From: Bigelowiella natans CCMP2755
Taxonomy: Eukaryota; Protista; Cercozoa
DNA length: 64,000 nt
NCBI GenBank assembly: GCA_000320545.1
Contig: ADNK01002265.1
Location: forward strand, 2,878 to 66,877
Direction of reading: 5' to 3'
Position numbers and translations under genes: made by a program. Below, one piece after another: positions 12,316-26,400 of this stretch. The stretch's first letter is position 1, and every line of letters begins with the position of its first letter. The notes under the pieces were generated by a model. It did not search any database and was not told where the DNA came from. It was given only the letters and a program-made list of their open reading frames with translations.

Positions 12316-15133
12316 ACATATGCTGCTGTCTACCTTACCACCCACTACTATTGGTATTGAGAACAACTATCTATTCTAAACAACAACAACAGCAACTACT
12401 ACCACAACAATTTAGTACTAACATTTGATATTATTCACTGCAGCAACAACAACAATTTAACTAATAGCATTTGATATTACTCACAGCAGCAACAACAACA
12501 ACAAATACATATTATTCACACCAACAACAACAATTTAACTAATAGCATTTAATATTACTCACAGCAGCAACGACAACAACAAATACATATTATTCACTGC
12601 AGCAACAACAACAATTTAACTAATAGCATTTAATATTACTCACAGCAGCAACAACAACAACAAATACATATATCGGTCTAGGTACTCGAAGCAGTCCTCT
12701 GCACCTTGCTGCTTGTTACGGTAAATCATGCTCAACAGTAGTAGCGAATATTAACAACAACAACAACAACAACAACACCGATAAGTGCAGAATAAAGAAC
12801 GCTGTTTATGAATAATTGGGGTAGTGATACTTAAATAGATGAGTAAGTAATGGATAATTCGATTATTATACGACAAATCCGTACTATAATGATAAGAATA
12901 ACAAACACCACAGGGAACACAGAGGCCATATCGTTGCTGGTACATAGTGGTGCAAAAATAGACTCTATAGAACCAGGTACTACTACTACTACTATTACTA
13001 CTACTACTACTACTTTCATCATCATTATCATATTATCACTATCATCATTATCATCAACCATCACTATTAACTAGGATGGAATCCTCTACATATGCAATGC
13101 ATGAATAACATGATCACTATCACTAATAACTAGGATGGACTCCTCTACATGGTGCTACAAACAATCGTCATCTTGCTGCAGTATCAAGATTGGTTGGCCT
13201 TGGTGCTTCCCTGGAACTACCTACCCTCCGTAATGAAAGTGCTTTAGAAATTGCAAAAAGAATCAGGGATGCGGACATTCAAAACCTTTTAATTCAGGTA
13301 TGCTTGCAAATAGTTGCAAATAGTAGTAACTGTCTACATGACTATGGTGAGCGTGAGTGCTTTTACGATGATACAAGCAGCAACCGTTGTTCTTCTATTA
13401 TAACGATGATGATGATAATATATTCAACAACCATTTGCAGATTATGGATAACTCTCCCAACAGCAGCAGCAGCACCACCACCACTGGTATAAATGCTGCT
13501 GATGCTGGTACGACTACCACTACTACTACTACTACTACTGGTATTGGTGGCAAGGAGGATAAAGCAGTTGGCCTATTGATTGAATCAACACCAAAGATCG
13601 AAGAAGCAACACCTTCTTACACTACTACTACTACTAATGATACAATTGCTGATGAGCATCCAACAGTAGTAGTACAACACGATGACTATAGTATGGAAGA
13701 ATCCAACAAACATCAGAATAACGAATATGATGTAGTAAGTACTGATAATTTTGAGCAAGAGATAGACCGCGTCGTTCAAAAAGAAGAGGAAAAAGAAGAA
13801 GAAGAAGAAGTCAACGAAGAAGGAAAATACGATGCTGAAAACATCGACGATCAGGACGAGTACATTGAAGTGAATACTGTTCAATTAGGTGGTGATACTT
13901 ACTTACAATCTGTTGTATGTGGTGCTACGATGATTCTTAGCTGATTGATTCTATACGTGCTTAAATCACCACCTAATACGGTGGGATAATGTCATCCTAC
14001 TTTTCCCCATCATCATTTGTATTAAACTACTGATTAATGTTGTAATCATCAAAGATGAGGAGGAAGCAGTAGCGAATGATAGGAACGAACAACAACTTGA
14101 GATAAGGTTGGTGATTAGACAACTAATCGAGGATGATTATTATCATCACTTACGTATCATTTTGTTGAGTATTCCTAACATGTAGCTGCTTATCTATTCA
14201 CCCTAATGTTTTTATTGCTTCTTTCTTTATCCCTCTCGATGATATATCATAGTAACTTAAAAGAGAGAAGAAAGGAAGAATGCTATTCTTCTTCTTCTTC
14301 TTTTCCTTCCCATTCATCTTCGTTGGGAGGAAAAGAATTAGTAGAAGATTATGATGCAAAACAGCAGCAGCAGCACCAGAATACTCTCATTCATACCAAA
14401 GTCAATCTGAAGTCTAAGACCAATATCAAAAAGAACAAAAAGTCCCTTAGGAGATCCTCTGTGGGCCAGCTGCCAGTTTCATCATCATCTCCTTCTCCTT
14501 CTTCTTCTTCTTCTTCTTCTTCTTCTTCTTCTACATTATCATCATCACCATCTCCAAACGCAACAACAACAACAACAACAACAAGAACAAGTAATTTTAC
14601 GACTGGTGGTACTGCAGCACATGATGATGATCACGTGGAAATAGCATGTGCCTCTCCGACGATGAAAGCAGCAGCAAAATACTATACTAAGGAAGAGGGA
14701 GAAGAAGAAAAAGAAGAAGAAGGTGATACACAAAGAGAAGGAGGAGGAGGGGGAGGGGATATTTACGACGAAGGAGAAGACAAGAGGAGCTGGATTCAAC
14801 AGCAGCAGCATAATGACGAAGGAGAAGACAAGAGGACCTGGATTCAACAGCAGCAGCATAATGACTTTAGGCAGGTGGCATCATCATCATCATCATCATC
14901 ATCTTCATCATCATTATTATCATCAGCTATAGCAGCAGCAGAAGCTACTACTACTACTACAGCTGTTGGTACTGTACCTGATAGCACGACCAGTTCTACT
15001 AGTAATAGTGCTGTAAGTTTCTTCAGCAGTTGTTGTAGGAAATTACTATTTCCAATGATTGGAAAAGAAGAAGTAGAAGTAGAAGTAGAAGAAGAGTGTG
15101 AGGATGGTTCCACTGCTACGACTTCTTCTCCTT

Positions 15134-15165
<32 letters not shown>

Positions 15166-18100
15166 GCTACTACCAAGGGAATGTTCAAGACAAAATCAGA
15201 GGAAATACCTACTATTACTACTACTACTACTACTACTACTACCAAAGCAGCAATGATGAAAAAGCCATTATTAGCATCTACTAGCTCTGCAACAACAATG
15301 GTAAGAAATAAGGGGGGGGGGCAGCTAAAGACGATGATGAAGGACAGCAGCACCATTAATTCTGCTACTACTGCTACTACAGGTAGTGTGTATATTATCT
15401 TGCTAGTAATAGTACTAGTTAACTTACCACAAGATGGATGGATGGATGGATGGATGGATGGATGGATGCTGCTTCTGCTACTACTACTACTGATGCTGCT
15501 GCTGTTTTGTTTGACACAATAACCACACACTAAACGCATATAATGCATTGACAGAATGTCTAATGATCCAGATGATGAATCAGATAATGATGATAATGAT
15601 GATGATGATAGAGCTACTATTACTACTATTACTACTACTACTAGCATTAGTAGTCCCGTTATTTAGTAGTAGTGAATACTAAAGCTGGCGTACATTAAAC
15701 GCATCATCATCATTACCACCATCATGATCATCATCAAAATTTCAATCGTGCATTGCAATACCTATATCATCATCATTATCATCATCATCATCATCATCTA
15801 AGTTTCCATGATCATCAATCAACCTGGTAGTAATTTGTAAATAGCAAATATGATATATTATTTAGGTTGCTAATCATCCATGTACTCATCAGTTTTTTTG
15901 TTTGTTCTATTTCATATACACTTTGGAAGTAGTAGGTTTGGGAGGAGATGAAGAAGATAACCGTGCGTTTGTCCATGGAACTCCACTCTATAAGAAATAT
16001 GTCAGAAGAAGAAGAAGGACTGCTACTTCCAAAGATGATGATGATGATGATGATGACAAATACGAAGGGGAAAGCTATTACGATCTTGGTGATATACACT
16101 ATGATGAGGTAGTGCTTACTGGCCAAGATAACATGGTTCTTAACTCAAAGCTCCTCATGAGGTATATAACACTATCATCATAATCATCATCATCATCATC
16201 ATCATCATCCACCATGATTACTCGTTATTAGGTACTGGAATCAATGGTATCTGCAAAACAAAACACGTCTCTTGAGGTGGTGTTATAATAATAGCAGCAA
16301 CAATAATAAATGATGATAATGTGTAGTATTACATGTTAGTAGTAGTAGTAGTATTGATAGTAGTATAGCAGTGTCTATGATTAACATCATTCTCATTCAC
16401 ATATAAGACAATATAAATAGAAGAAGAAGCGCTATTTATTCCAAATCTATTAAAACTAACAGATTCATATCTTTTCCCCGTCGCTAATCTCCTCTCACTC
16501 CACTATAAAACTTTCTCTCTGCGTCTTTCTCTCTTTTACCACCTACCTTCTCCTTACCCCCCCCCCCTCCCCACCCCTCTATCATTCTTCTTGATCTTTA
16601 TCTCTATGCCTCTCCCTCTTATCAGTTGGGAGACTCGAGCTCCAGCTAACCTTACAAACGAAGAGATGGATCGTTTGACCAAACAACTTGAATTCTATTT
16701 TTCGGCCCAAAACTTATATCTGGATGTGTACATGCTGGAAAATATGGACGCAGAGGTACTGCTAGCTACTACTACTACTAGTACTAATATTTTGTTATTG
16801 ATGATAAACGATCATAATAGATGGTGGTGAAATAATGATATTAATGATTATTGCCACCCTGAAAGGATTCTAAAGGTGATAAATAAGAGCAGTATTGAAG
16901 ATGATATCAATGAATAGTATGATAGTACTCATATGCCGGCTTTAATTGTAGAAATACCATACTGATAATTGTTTCAAGTTCTATTCTTTGTTTTGAAGAA
17001 GAGAGGTTATGTTAGATAAATGGTATGCAGTACATATTACTACTACTACTACTACTAATTGTGTGTTATTATTATGCTTGCATGACGAGTCATGATGATA
17101 TAATAATACTGCAACTACAACTACTGCTGCGTATTTATAAGTAATCATGGTCTAACGAGTATTATAGGTTATCGTTGAATAGTTGTAGTACCGTTAAGTA
17201 ATGAAATAATGCCCCATTATCATCAATCGATCATGATGTCGGTTACTACCTGCCTCCTCCCCCTCCCCCCCCACCTTAGGGTTGGTTTCCAATACGACTG
17301 CTGCACAACTTCCAGCGTGTAGCACGGTTCAAAGCCAATTCAAAGCAAGTAATTTTTCAGTGTGGGGGCAAAGCACATGACTCCTCTCCCTCTTTCTTTC
17401 TCTCTATAAATATAAATATTCTAATCTATTCTTTTGTCTTCAAAATAGTCATTAAGCTCAGCAGTGTTAATCAGAGATTGCAATCAATTGCTATTCAATT
17501 ACTACTGCTACTACTACTAGCACTATTACAATATATGCAACAACACTGCCACCACTAATACAATATATGCCAACAAAGCACATCAGATAAAATGTTTGTA
17601 AGCAGCAGCTGTGATTAGTTCTCTTTGTTGCTTGGCTACCTTTCTCCATATTCTATTGTTATATCTCTCTCTAATACATATAGCTATTGGAGGCCATCAG
17701 CCGTTCCGACGACTTAGTTGTCACAGAGGACCTCAAGTTTATAAGACGCTTTTCGCCGCTGAATAAAACTCACCTGCATCTTAGATTAGCAAGGTAGCGG
17801 CAGCGTTATAGCAAAAAGTTAAGTAGTAAGTACCATTTATGATGGATTACGATGATGCTGTGCTCTGTGATAGTTGTCCTCTTCATAAAATAGAGAATGA
17901 AGGAGGAGAGAGAAGAAGTAGCAGGAGAAACAACAACAACAATAATAATAATAATAATAATGATGAGTCGAGTTGTGACATATCCATAAAACTCTCAATT
18001 CATTCTATACCTTTGTTATGATGATAATCATTATTATTGCCATACCCCCATCATCATCATTGTCATTGTTCGGTTTAACTGATCTTCTTCTGCACATTAT

Positions 18101-21100
18101 TCTTGTTTTACTGCTGCTTGGCTCATGCTGCTGCTCTGTATAGGCCTATCCCCGATGAAGAGAAGGATTTCTCAAACAAGCCTGGTGGTAGTAGTAGCGG
18201 TATTAGCGGAGCTATAGCAGAAAAAGGAATAACAACAATGGAAGGGGGTGGGAGATTCACCAGAAAAAGCCATACCGATGATTGCGAAGAAGGAAGAACA
18301 GCTGAAAATGAAAAAACAAAGAAGTAGAAGAAGATGATGAAGAAGACGATGAAGAATCTTTATATATCCGTGAGATGGTGGATGCGGAAGAATTCGTTCC
18401 AACTGCACATGGAATACCTTCTTTATTTCTCCAAAATCTGCCATCCAATATAAGAGAAAGGAGTGTTGCAGCGGTGACAAAAATAACATATTAATAATAA
18501 TGTTAATGATGTTAATGATGTTAATGATGATGATGATGATGATGATGATGGATTTCTAATAGTGATGATAATGCTGCTTCGTAACAAGAAGAGAGGCTGT
18601 GTAAAATAACATTTATATAGGGTTATTTATTAGAAGGACGACGTTGTGTTGCATTGTATTGTGTTGCTTAGCTAAGACTTAAATTGCTACAGTAGTAATA
18701 ATAGCTTTTCATGACAGGATGATATAATACGCAATTACATTCATCTCATTGTCTTACAAATGTCATCAAGAATATGCTATCATCATCCACGATATGAACC
18801 ATCATCTGATAATCATCGTTGGTTTTAATGATGATTTCGTCTGCTTCTTACAAAACAGGGACTTCTTACCATGTCTCCTAAGTTCTTCAAACGCATTAAC
18901 ATCACATCGCTACCATTTGGATTGAAGTTTAATGAAGGAACGAAGGTGATAAGAGAGGTGCGACAAGGATCCCATGCAGATAAAGCCGGACTTAGACCTG
19001 GATGGGTGCTTCATGCAGTTAACGATAACGAAGTCTTTAACTTCAATTGGGAATGGTATAGTCAACCGAACAACAATTATAGAGGAGGATAAGATGAGAT
19101 CATGATGATGATGATGATGGTGTTTCTGCATAAATAAGGACAATAATATAGTGCAATATCGTCACATTATATAAATGTTTTAACTGCAAACTGTGAATAG
19201 TTTTATAAATCTCTTCATTTTGATTGTTTTTATACTTGTTTCTGTTGATCTTTGCCCCTCTTTCTTCTAAATCGATGGATGGTTGCTGCTGCTGCTGTTG
19301 TGTCTTTAATAATATCAGGGAATATGACAATGCAGCGTTAGCTCATTCAATAGATACGAGCCGTGAAAGTCGTTGTCCATTCTCTCTCACCTTTCGTATG
19401 CCGGATGTAGGCAACGAGTTTGAGTAATAAATAGTGGATGACATGACAAGCATGTGTGTGTGTTTTTGTGTGTGTGTGTGTGTGTGTGTTCAAGAACAGC
19501 TTATCACTGTTGCTAAGCATCACGAATGTCATTCTACGATTTTGGGATATGATCATGACCACAGTTCCATTTTCTTTATTTTTGATATTAATTGAATGGA
19601 TGATGCTAATTTGTGAAATCTTACCTTACATACACCGCATTTGTGTTTAATTTAGGTTATATTTACTTTTGGTTTTTAATCTCTTGTTGACCTTCATAAG
19701 GAATGATATATGATTATTGGTGTCATAATGCATGCAGATATGAGCGTCGAGTAGATCCAGAAGAGCAACGTCCTATGATTCTCAACGAGTTTATTAAAAA
19801 GTACAAGGAAACTTCAACTTGGGAGAAATCGGATCATTACGATTTTGTAAGGAGTTCATACCATGTCATTGATGATAATTATAAGCGAATTGAAATGCTA
19901 TGTAATGATGGCAAAGCCAGAGATAATGATAAAGATAATGATAATGATGATGATGACGATGATAATGATGAGGTTGGTATATGAGCTTCTCAAGTGTATT
20001 GTTGTGTCTATTCATATGTCTACTGCTAATCTGTGTTTTTGCGTGTGTGGAAGCAAAGTTACGAATTATAGTATATGTGTGATTATGTTATTGGTGACGG
20101 CAAAGTTGCGAATGATAGGATATGTGTGATTATGTAAAAGTATATTTGTGATTATGTAATGATGATAGCACCGCAGGATAATAGTGCTAGTGTGATGACA
20201 TGGATACTACTAATAATAGTAATAATAAGAATTATAATAGAATAACTCATCGATATGCTGTTTCATGATGATGATGATGATGATTATAAAGATGATGACG
20301 ATGATGGAGGGAATCAAGAAGAATTTTCACAATCATTATCATTTTCACAATCAGTTTTTCTCGTTTGGCTTTGACATCATGATTCATTATGATTGATTGT
20401 GTATGGTGTACTTCATTTAGGTACGGGTTGTTGATATGAGGCAATATCTGAAAGACTACTACCACACTGATGTTGAAGCTATTAATATCAGCAAACGCCT
20501 CTATGGTCTCAATGATGACAGAGGAGAGGAGGAACAAGTAGTAGAGAAACTCCCAGGAATATCATCCCCACCCCCAAAAGAACATTTCCTGAGGCCAACA
20601 GGTCGTTCGCATCGGGGATGGGGGGGAATAGGACGCATGATCTTACCTCTTGCTGATGTACACCAAGATTATTCTGCATCACCAATAAATAATAGTTGTA
20701 GCTGTAGGAGTAGTAGTTGTAGTAGTAGTAGTAGTAGTTTATAACAACAGCTCAATAGCGAGTGGTAGGTAGGTTGTTGGGCTAGTATGTTAAATGTAGT
20801 GTTGTCTATGTCAATAGTCTTACATTGCTTCTATGCTTTAACTCAAACGATTTCTCTTTGTGATCATTGCTCTCTCTCCCTCACCCACCTAAGGACCACC
20901 CCTTTAATTTACTTCTTGATGTCTTGTATTCGATTTTTCTTTCTTTCTTTCCTTACACGTTTTCACTACTCTATTGAACATGAAGTGATGATGATGATTA
21001 ACGATGATTATGATGGTATGGTGATAATAAGCTCAATACGAATACGTGCAAATGGAAGAAGACGGCCTTCCTACTCAATTTTCACGATTTGAGAGCGAAG

Positions 21101-21831
21101 CTGATAAAGATAGGTGGGAGGAACGACAACGTTTTATTAAGATGATGGAACGTGGTCACTCCTCCTCTCCAAATCTTCAGCTCAATGCTCCCATGCAAGT
21201 TGGCGAAATAGGTATTATTAATACTACTACTACTACTACTACTACTACTAATAGTAGAGATAATGATGGTGATGAAAGCATGAACAAGTAATTTTGCCGC
21301 CGTCGTTTCCTTTTTGTCGTTGCTATATATAGTAGGAATTTCATCATCATCATCATCCTTACCATCATCATCATTATCATCATCGATATACTGTGGTGAT
21401 TGACCGATCAATCGATCACCACCATACATTAGTCGTCATTCCCACGATGTTGTTGTTGTTGTTGATGTTGATGTTGTTTTCATGTAATGACTTGTTAAAA
21501 CGTCGTCATCTTCTTTCTCCCTCTTGTTCTTTTTATTCATATGTAGTTGATCCTGAGGACCTTGAACTACGAATTGATCCTACCGATGGTAAACCCAAGA
21601 ATCAATTCCAATTTTACGACAAGTACAAAGGCTCTCATGAGTGGTAAGTAGGATTTAATAATAATATACCTGCTATTGGTTAGGATCCTCATCTTGCAGT
21701 AATAGTAGTGTAAAGTATATGGTGAATGATAGTAAAAGCAAAATGATGATGATGATATTGATAATGATGATAGTGGGGATGATGATGATGATATCATGAT
21801 AATGATGCCCCACAGCTGCTACATGTCACAT

Positions 21832-21902
<71 letters not shown>

Positions 21903-23416
21903 TAAATAATGATAATAGTGGGGATGATGATAATACCCATATTCGCTAGTTAGTAGGAGTCGATGAGAGCTGCTTCATGATATTAAATGATGCTTGCTAT
22001 CTATGCGAATATGTTCCTATATACCATGCTGCTATAATCAGTTCTTTCTTTTTCTTCTTCTTCTTCTTCTTCTTCTTCTTCTTCTTCTTCTTCTTTTCCT
22101 TGCTCATCAAGGCGTTCTGCTGATGTTCATCGCGAGTATGAAGAAGGCCGAGGTGATAGGGAGCGAGCTGCTATACTCACAAATGCAGCAGTGGCAGCAG
22201 CAGCAGCGGCTAAAACAGCACCTGATTCTGAAGATGATGGAGATCATAAACCTGGTCCCTCAATTATGCACGCATCGTTCCATGGAGAAATGTGCAACAA
22301 GATTAAGGAGAAGGAGGAGAAGGAGGGAACGAATGTTGGAAGTATAGCAGCAGCAATTAATTACTACGACGAAAATAACAACAACAACGTAAAAATAGCA
22401 AAATCAGCAGGAACAGCAGAAGAAGAACAAGGGCTTCTATGGATGGGGCCTGGAATCGGCGAAAAAGAACTTCTTCCAGAGCACAAGCATTTGATGAAAC
22501 AGTTAGAAAGGAAAGTGGTGATATCAGAATATCCTAAAGAAGCAGGTGGTGATACAAGACTACTCCCAACGATGATGGTATTCTCCCAAGGGGAAAATCA
22601 CAATGATGATAATCAGGAGAATGATGGCTATGTTGCTGCTGCTGCTGCAAGTGATTACTACAACGGAAGAGGAGAAGTAGTAGACCGAGGAGGAAGAAGA
22701 AGAGACGATACAGGAAGGAATGATGGGAACGAGTATGTAAGAACAACTATGAAGAAAGAAGGAAGATGCATTCAACGAGAAGATGAGCAAAATCTTAAAC
22801 AATATAGCGGTGCAGGAACTAAGAAGAAGATTCCTCCTCTTCCTCTTCCTACCCTTCAACGACAAGTTGCACAAAGACAATGGAAGGATGATGATGATGA
22901 TGATTGGGAACACCATCATCATGGACCGATGCTAGCAGCAAACAAAGGCAAGCAACATCATCAGGTATTACTATGAAACTAGAAGAGGGAAAGAGAGAGA
23001 GAGAGAGAATGAGGCTGTTGTTGGCCTGTTTTCTTGTTGATACTAGGTTGTGTAGCAGTCCTATCATCGCTATAGTTGATCATTGTCATCATCATTTAGT
23101 TCTTGTTCTGGTTGCTATCTCCGTTGTTATTTTCTCTCTTTCCTCCTTTTTTAGTTCCTTACTCGCCAAGATATTAGCACAACAAGCAACAAATATATTA
23201 AATCAAGACAACAACAAGGGGACGATGACGATGACGACGCTCGTTTTTTCCAAAAGCTTGCAATGCATGCAAAACAAGATCTGACAGCAAGTAAGCAGCA
23301 CTATTACATCATTACTTCTCTCTACTACTATTGGTGAGAAGACCAGACTCACACTCACACACACACCCATGCACATACACATACATACACACACACCTAT
23401 ACACACATACACATAC

Positions 23417-23448
<32 letters not shown>

Positions 23449-26400
23449 GCGCACCCCCGTATTTTATCATTAAAAGCCTTATTCGTTGCCTATTATTTAA
23501 TTCGAGAGGATTTTGGCCATCTTCCTCTTTTCTTCACTCATCATCATCATCACCATCGTAATCATCCTCACTGTCGTGTTTTGTAGGTACAGCAGCATCA
23601 GCAGATAATTGGGAGTCATTGCAGGAAGGATTGGTCAACTTCCTAGGATTTAAGCCTGACTTCTTCGATGACATCAACGTTTCTCTAGGGGTCAAATCAC
23701 GAAGAAATAGAAGCAGTAGCAGCACAAGACAGGAGGAGGAGGAAGAGGGAAAAGAAGAATACAGGTGGTGACTGATGGTTTTTATATATGCAATGATGAT
23801 AGGTAGATTGAAGATATATATAAACATATTAGTACAAATGATGATGTGTTTCATTACTACGTTTGTGCTCATCATCATCATCTTCTTCTTCTTCTTCATC
23901 ATCATCATCATCATCAATTTCTCAGGTATGATCCTGTAAGAGATGGAATATTTTCTAAGCGAGAATTCAAGCTATACTACGGTTGTCTTGTTGAGTGGGA
24001 ATCTGCATTGGATGCAAGGGAACTACCTCGGAAGAAAGCAAAGCAATTAGCGAAGAATCTAGTGTTGGAACACCAAAGAAACAATCTAATATTGAAGGTA
24101 GGTCAAGTAGTAGTATTCATATGAGGGGGGGTGGGAGGGGGGACAAAAGAATAATGTGATTAGTAGTAGTAAAGAGAAGATCGCGGGAGGATTGTAGATG
24201 CTGCTACACATACATGCATGCTACATAGCCATACACACAAAAACAATCCACAAATCATATAGCATATTGTACTAGTAATTGGTAGTGGTAGTAGTACGAT
24301 ATGCTGATGCTGACTGCTGCTGCTGGCATTAGATCTGATGATTGATATGAGCACTCACTAACTATTATAATATATTCATCATCGTAGACTTATAACAAAA
24401 TGGCAAAACTGTCTGGGGAAGGAAATACTACCGATTTCAACAATCTTACAGAGGCCAATCTCTTTTTTAAAAAGCAGTCTTTGGAATATAATCAAGTCGC
24501 TTTGAAGTCGTTTTCTTTTTTACCAAAATCACTGCAAAAGAAACATATGGTGGGTTGATTTAACACACTAAACCGAGAAAATATATATCATCCGAAGATA
24601 ATATTTTTTTTAATACTTTGTAATTAATGTTGTTATTTATGTGTGTACTTTATGTATATTTTTAAAAATATATATATACTGTACTGTACTATAGGACGAC
24701 GTATCAAACTTCAAGAGAGGGGTGAGAAAGGTTGCTGATTTGGCTTCTAAAAATGACATGTCTGCCGCTACAAGAGCAGCTATTGAGAGCATTTACCAAA
24801 TTCGAAATGCACAGTTCCAGAACATGCAAACTTTGGAGAAACTCAAGCACGCATTCACCCGTGCTTTGCATGGAGTCAGCAACAGCTTGGAACGAATCTC
24901 AAAACCTATCTTAGATGATGATGATAAAGGTACAAGAATAGGAGGAGGAGGAGGAGGAGAAGGTAGTAAGAAACCCTTTTTTATCAATGAGACAGAAAAG
25001 CGATAAATTGCAACACGGAACAATATTGTATTCGTATGTGAGTTGTTATTTATTATATGTTATATTATGTTTGTAGGTACGAAAGAACAAGCATCGTTAC
25101 TACTCACTGACACCAGAAAGATACTTAATTTCGAGGAAGTTAGACTAATTGCTTATGAAAACCAAATTCTTGTGGACTTGAGTAGTAGTATAAGCAGTAA
25201 GAAATCTAACCCCAACAACAACAACAACAACGACGACCAAGACGACTACGTTGGGGGGGGGGCAAAAATAGAAGAAGATAACCGGAAAGATCAAGATGAA
25301 GATGTTAGATATCAGATTCGATTGCTAAACCTTACGTCTGGTGATGAGCTGGCCTTCGCTGATTGCCATGTAGTTGGTGCTGCTGCTTCTTATCCATTGA
25401 ACGAAGAACCTAAGAATCATCATCATCATCTTGATTCTAGTAGTAGTAATAGAGGTAGTGGTTGTAGTAGTACCAGTAGTTCTTCGGTGCATACCAAAGG
25501 GATGAAAGTTTTCCAAGTTACAGATTTATACATTTTCCCAATTTTGCATGAGGACGAATCAGGTACTGCTGCTATGCTCTGCTTCTTGTTCATTATGCTC
25601 ATATTGTAATTGTTGTTGTGGTGGTTAAACCCTAATGTTCCTGCTATTGTTATTCTGGGAAGAATGCATAGATAGAGTAGTAAAATCATTGATAGAATCG
25701 AATAGTGTGCGAAGGAGTGTGTATGTAGTACCGATTATCTTTTCATAGATTAGGTGGTATTATTAGTTACTATCTATGTCGTAGTAGTAGCTAATGCCCG
25801 TTGTTATTTTTTTGTCATCTTTGATATTATTCATCATTCTTTCTGATTTCTATGCACTACTACTATTACTACTACTACTACTACTACTACTACTATATTA
25901 ATTAGAGTTACATTGATTAGAAGCTTTGTTTTTTACTTTTCTGTTGTGGTAGTGCCAGAAGAAGAAGCAGTGGTTTGGGAGTTCAAGATCAAACTATTGA
26001 CATCTGCACTGATTAACATTCTTGCAAACCAAAGAAATTGCAGTCGTTCCCGTATTCTTGTCCCCCTTCCTATTACCAATACTACTACTACTACTAATAC
26101 AGCAATTATTGGTAGTAGTGTTCATGATGCGGTTGCTTCTACTCCTTTCCCCCCTCCACTAATTGAAAACATACATGGAGGCCAACAACAAGAAGATGAG
26201 GCAGAATTCATTTTTGAACAACGCCGGCGTGAGTGTGAGTCATTAGGCTATATTGAACAAAAGCAATTTAACGACGACTACTACTGCTACTATGAAGCTG
26301 TGGTAGATCCTCTCCTTCAATTATTGATGCCAAAACTGCTCCGTCTTTCAGCATTTTCGAATATACAAGAAGAAGCAGCCTTCCAAGCACCAACGCCACC

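Noticed and set aside
12421-12670. CRISPR-like repeat array
   Set aside because: There are no unique spacers, the context is a eukaryotic intron and no cas genes are present; it is a minisatellite.
14844-15647. 267-aa minus-strand ORF and similar antisense ORFs (e.g. 54749-55288, 13585-13884)
   Set aside because: They are shadows of low-complexity plus-strand exons and microsatellites.
22948-23170. Possible GC-AG intron (AAG|GCAAGC)
   Set aside because: A canonical GT donor at 22965 with the polypyrimidine AG at 23154 keeps the frame, so no GC donor is needed.
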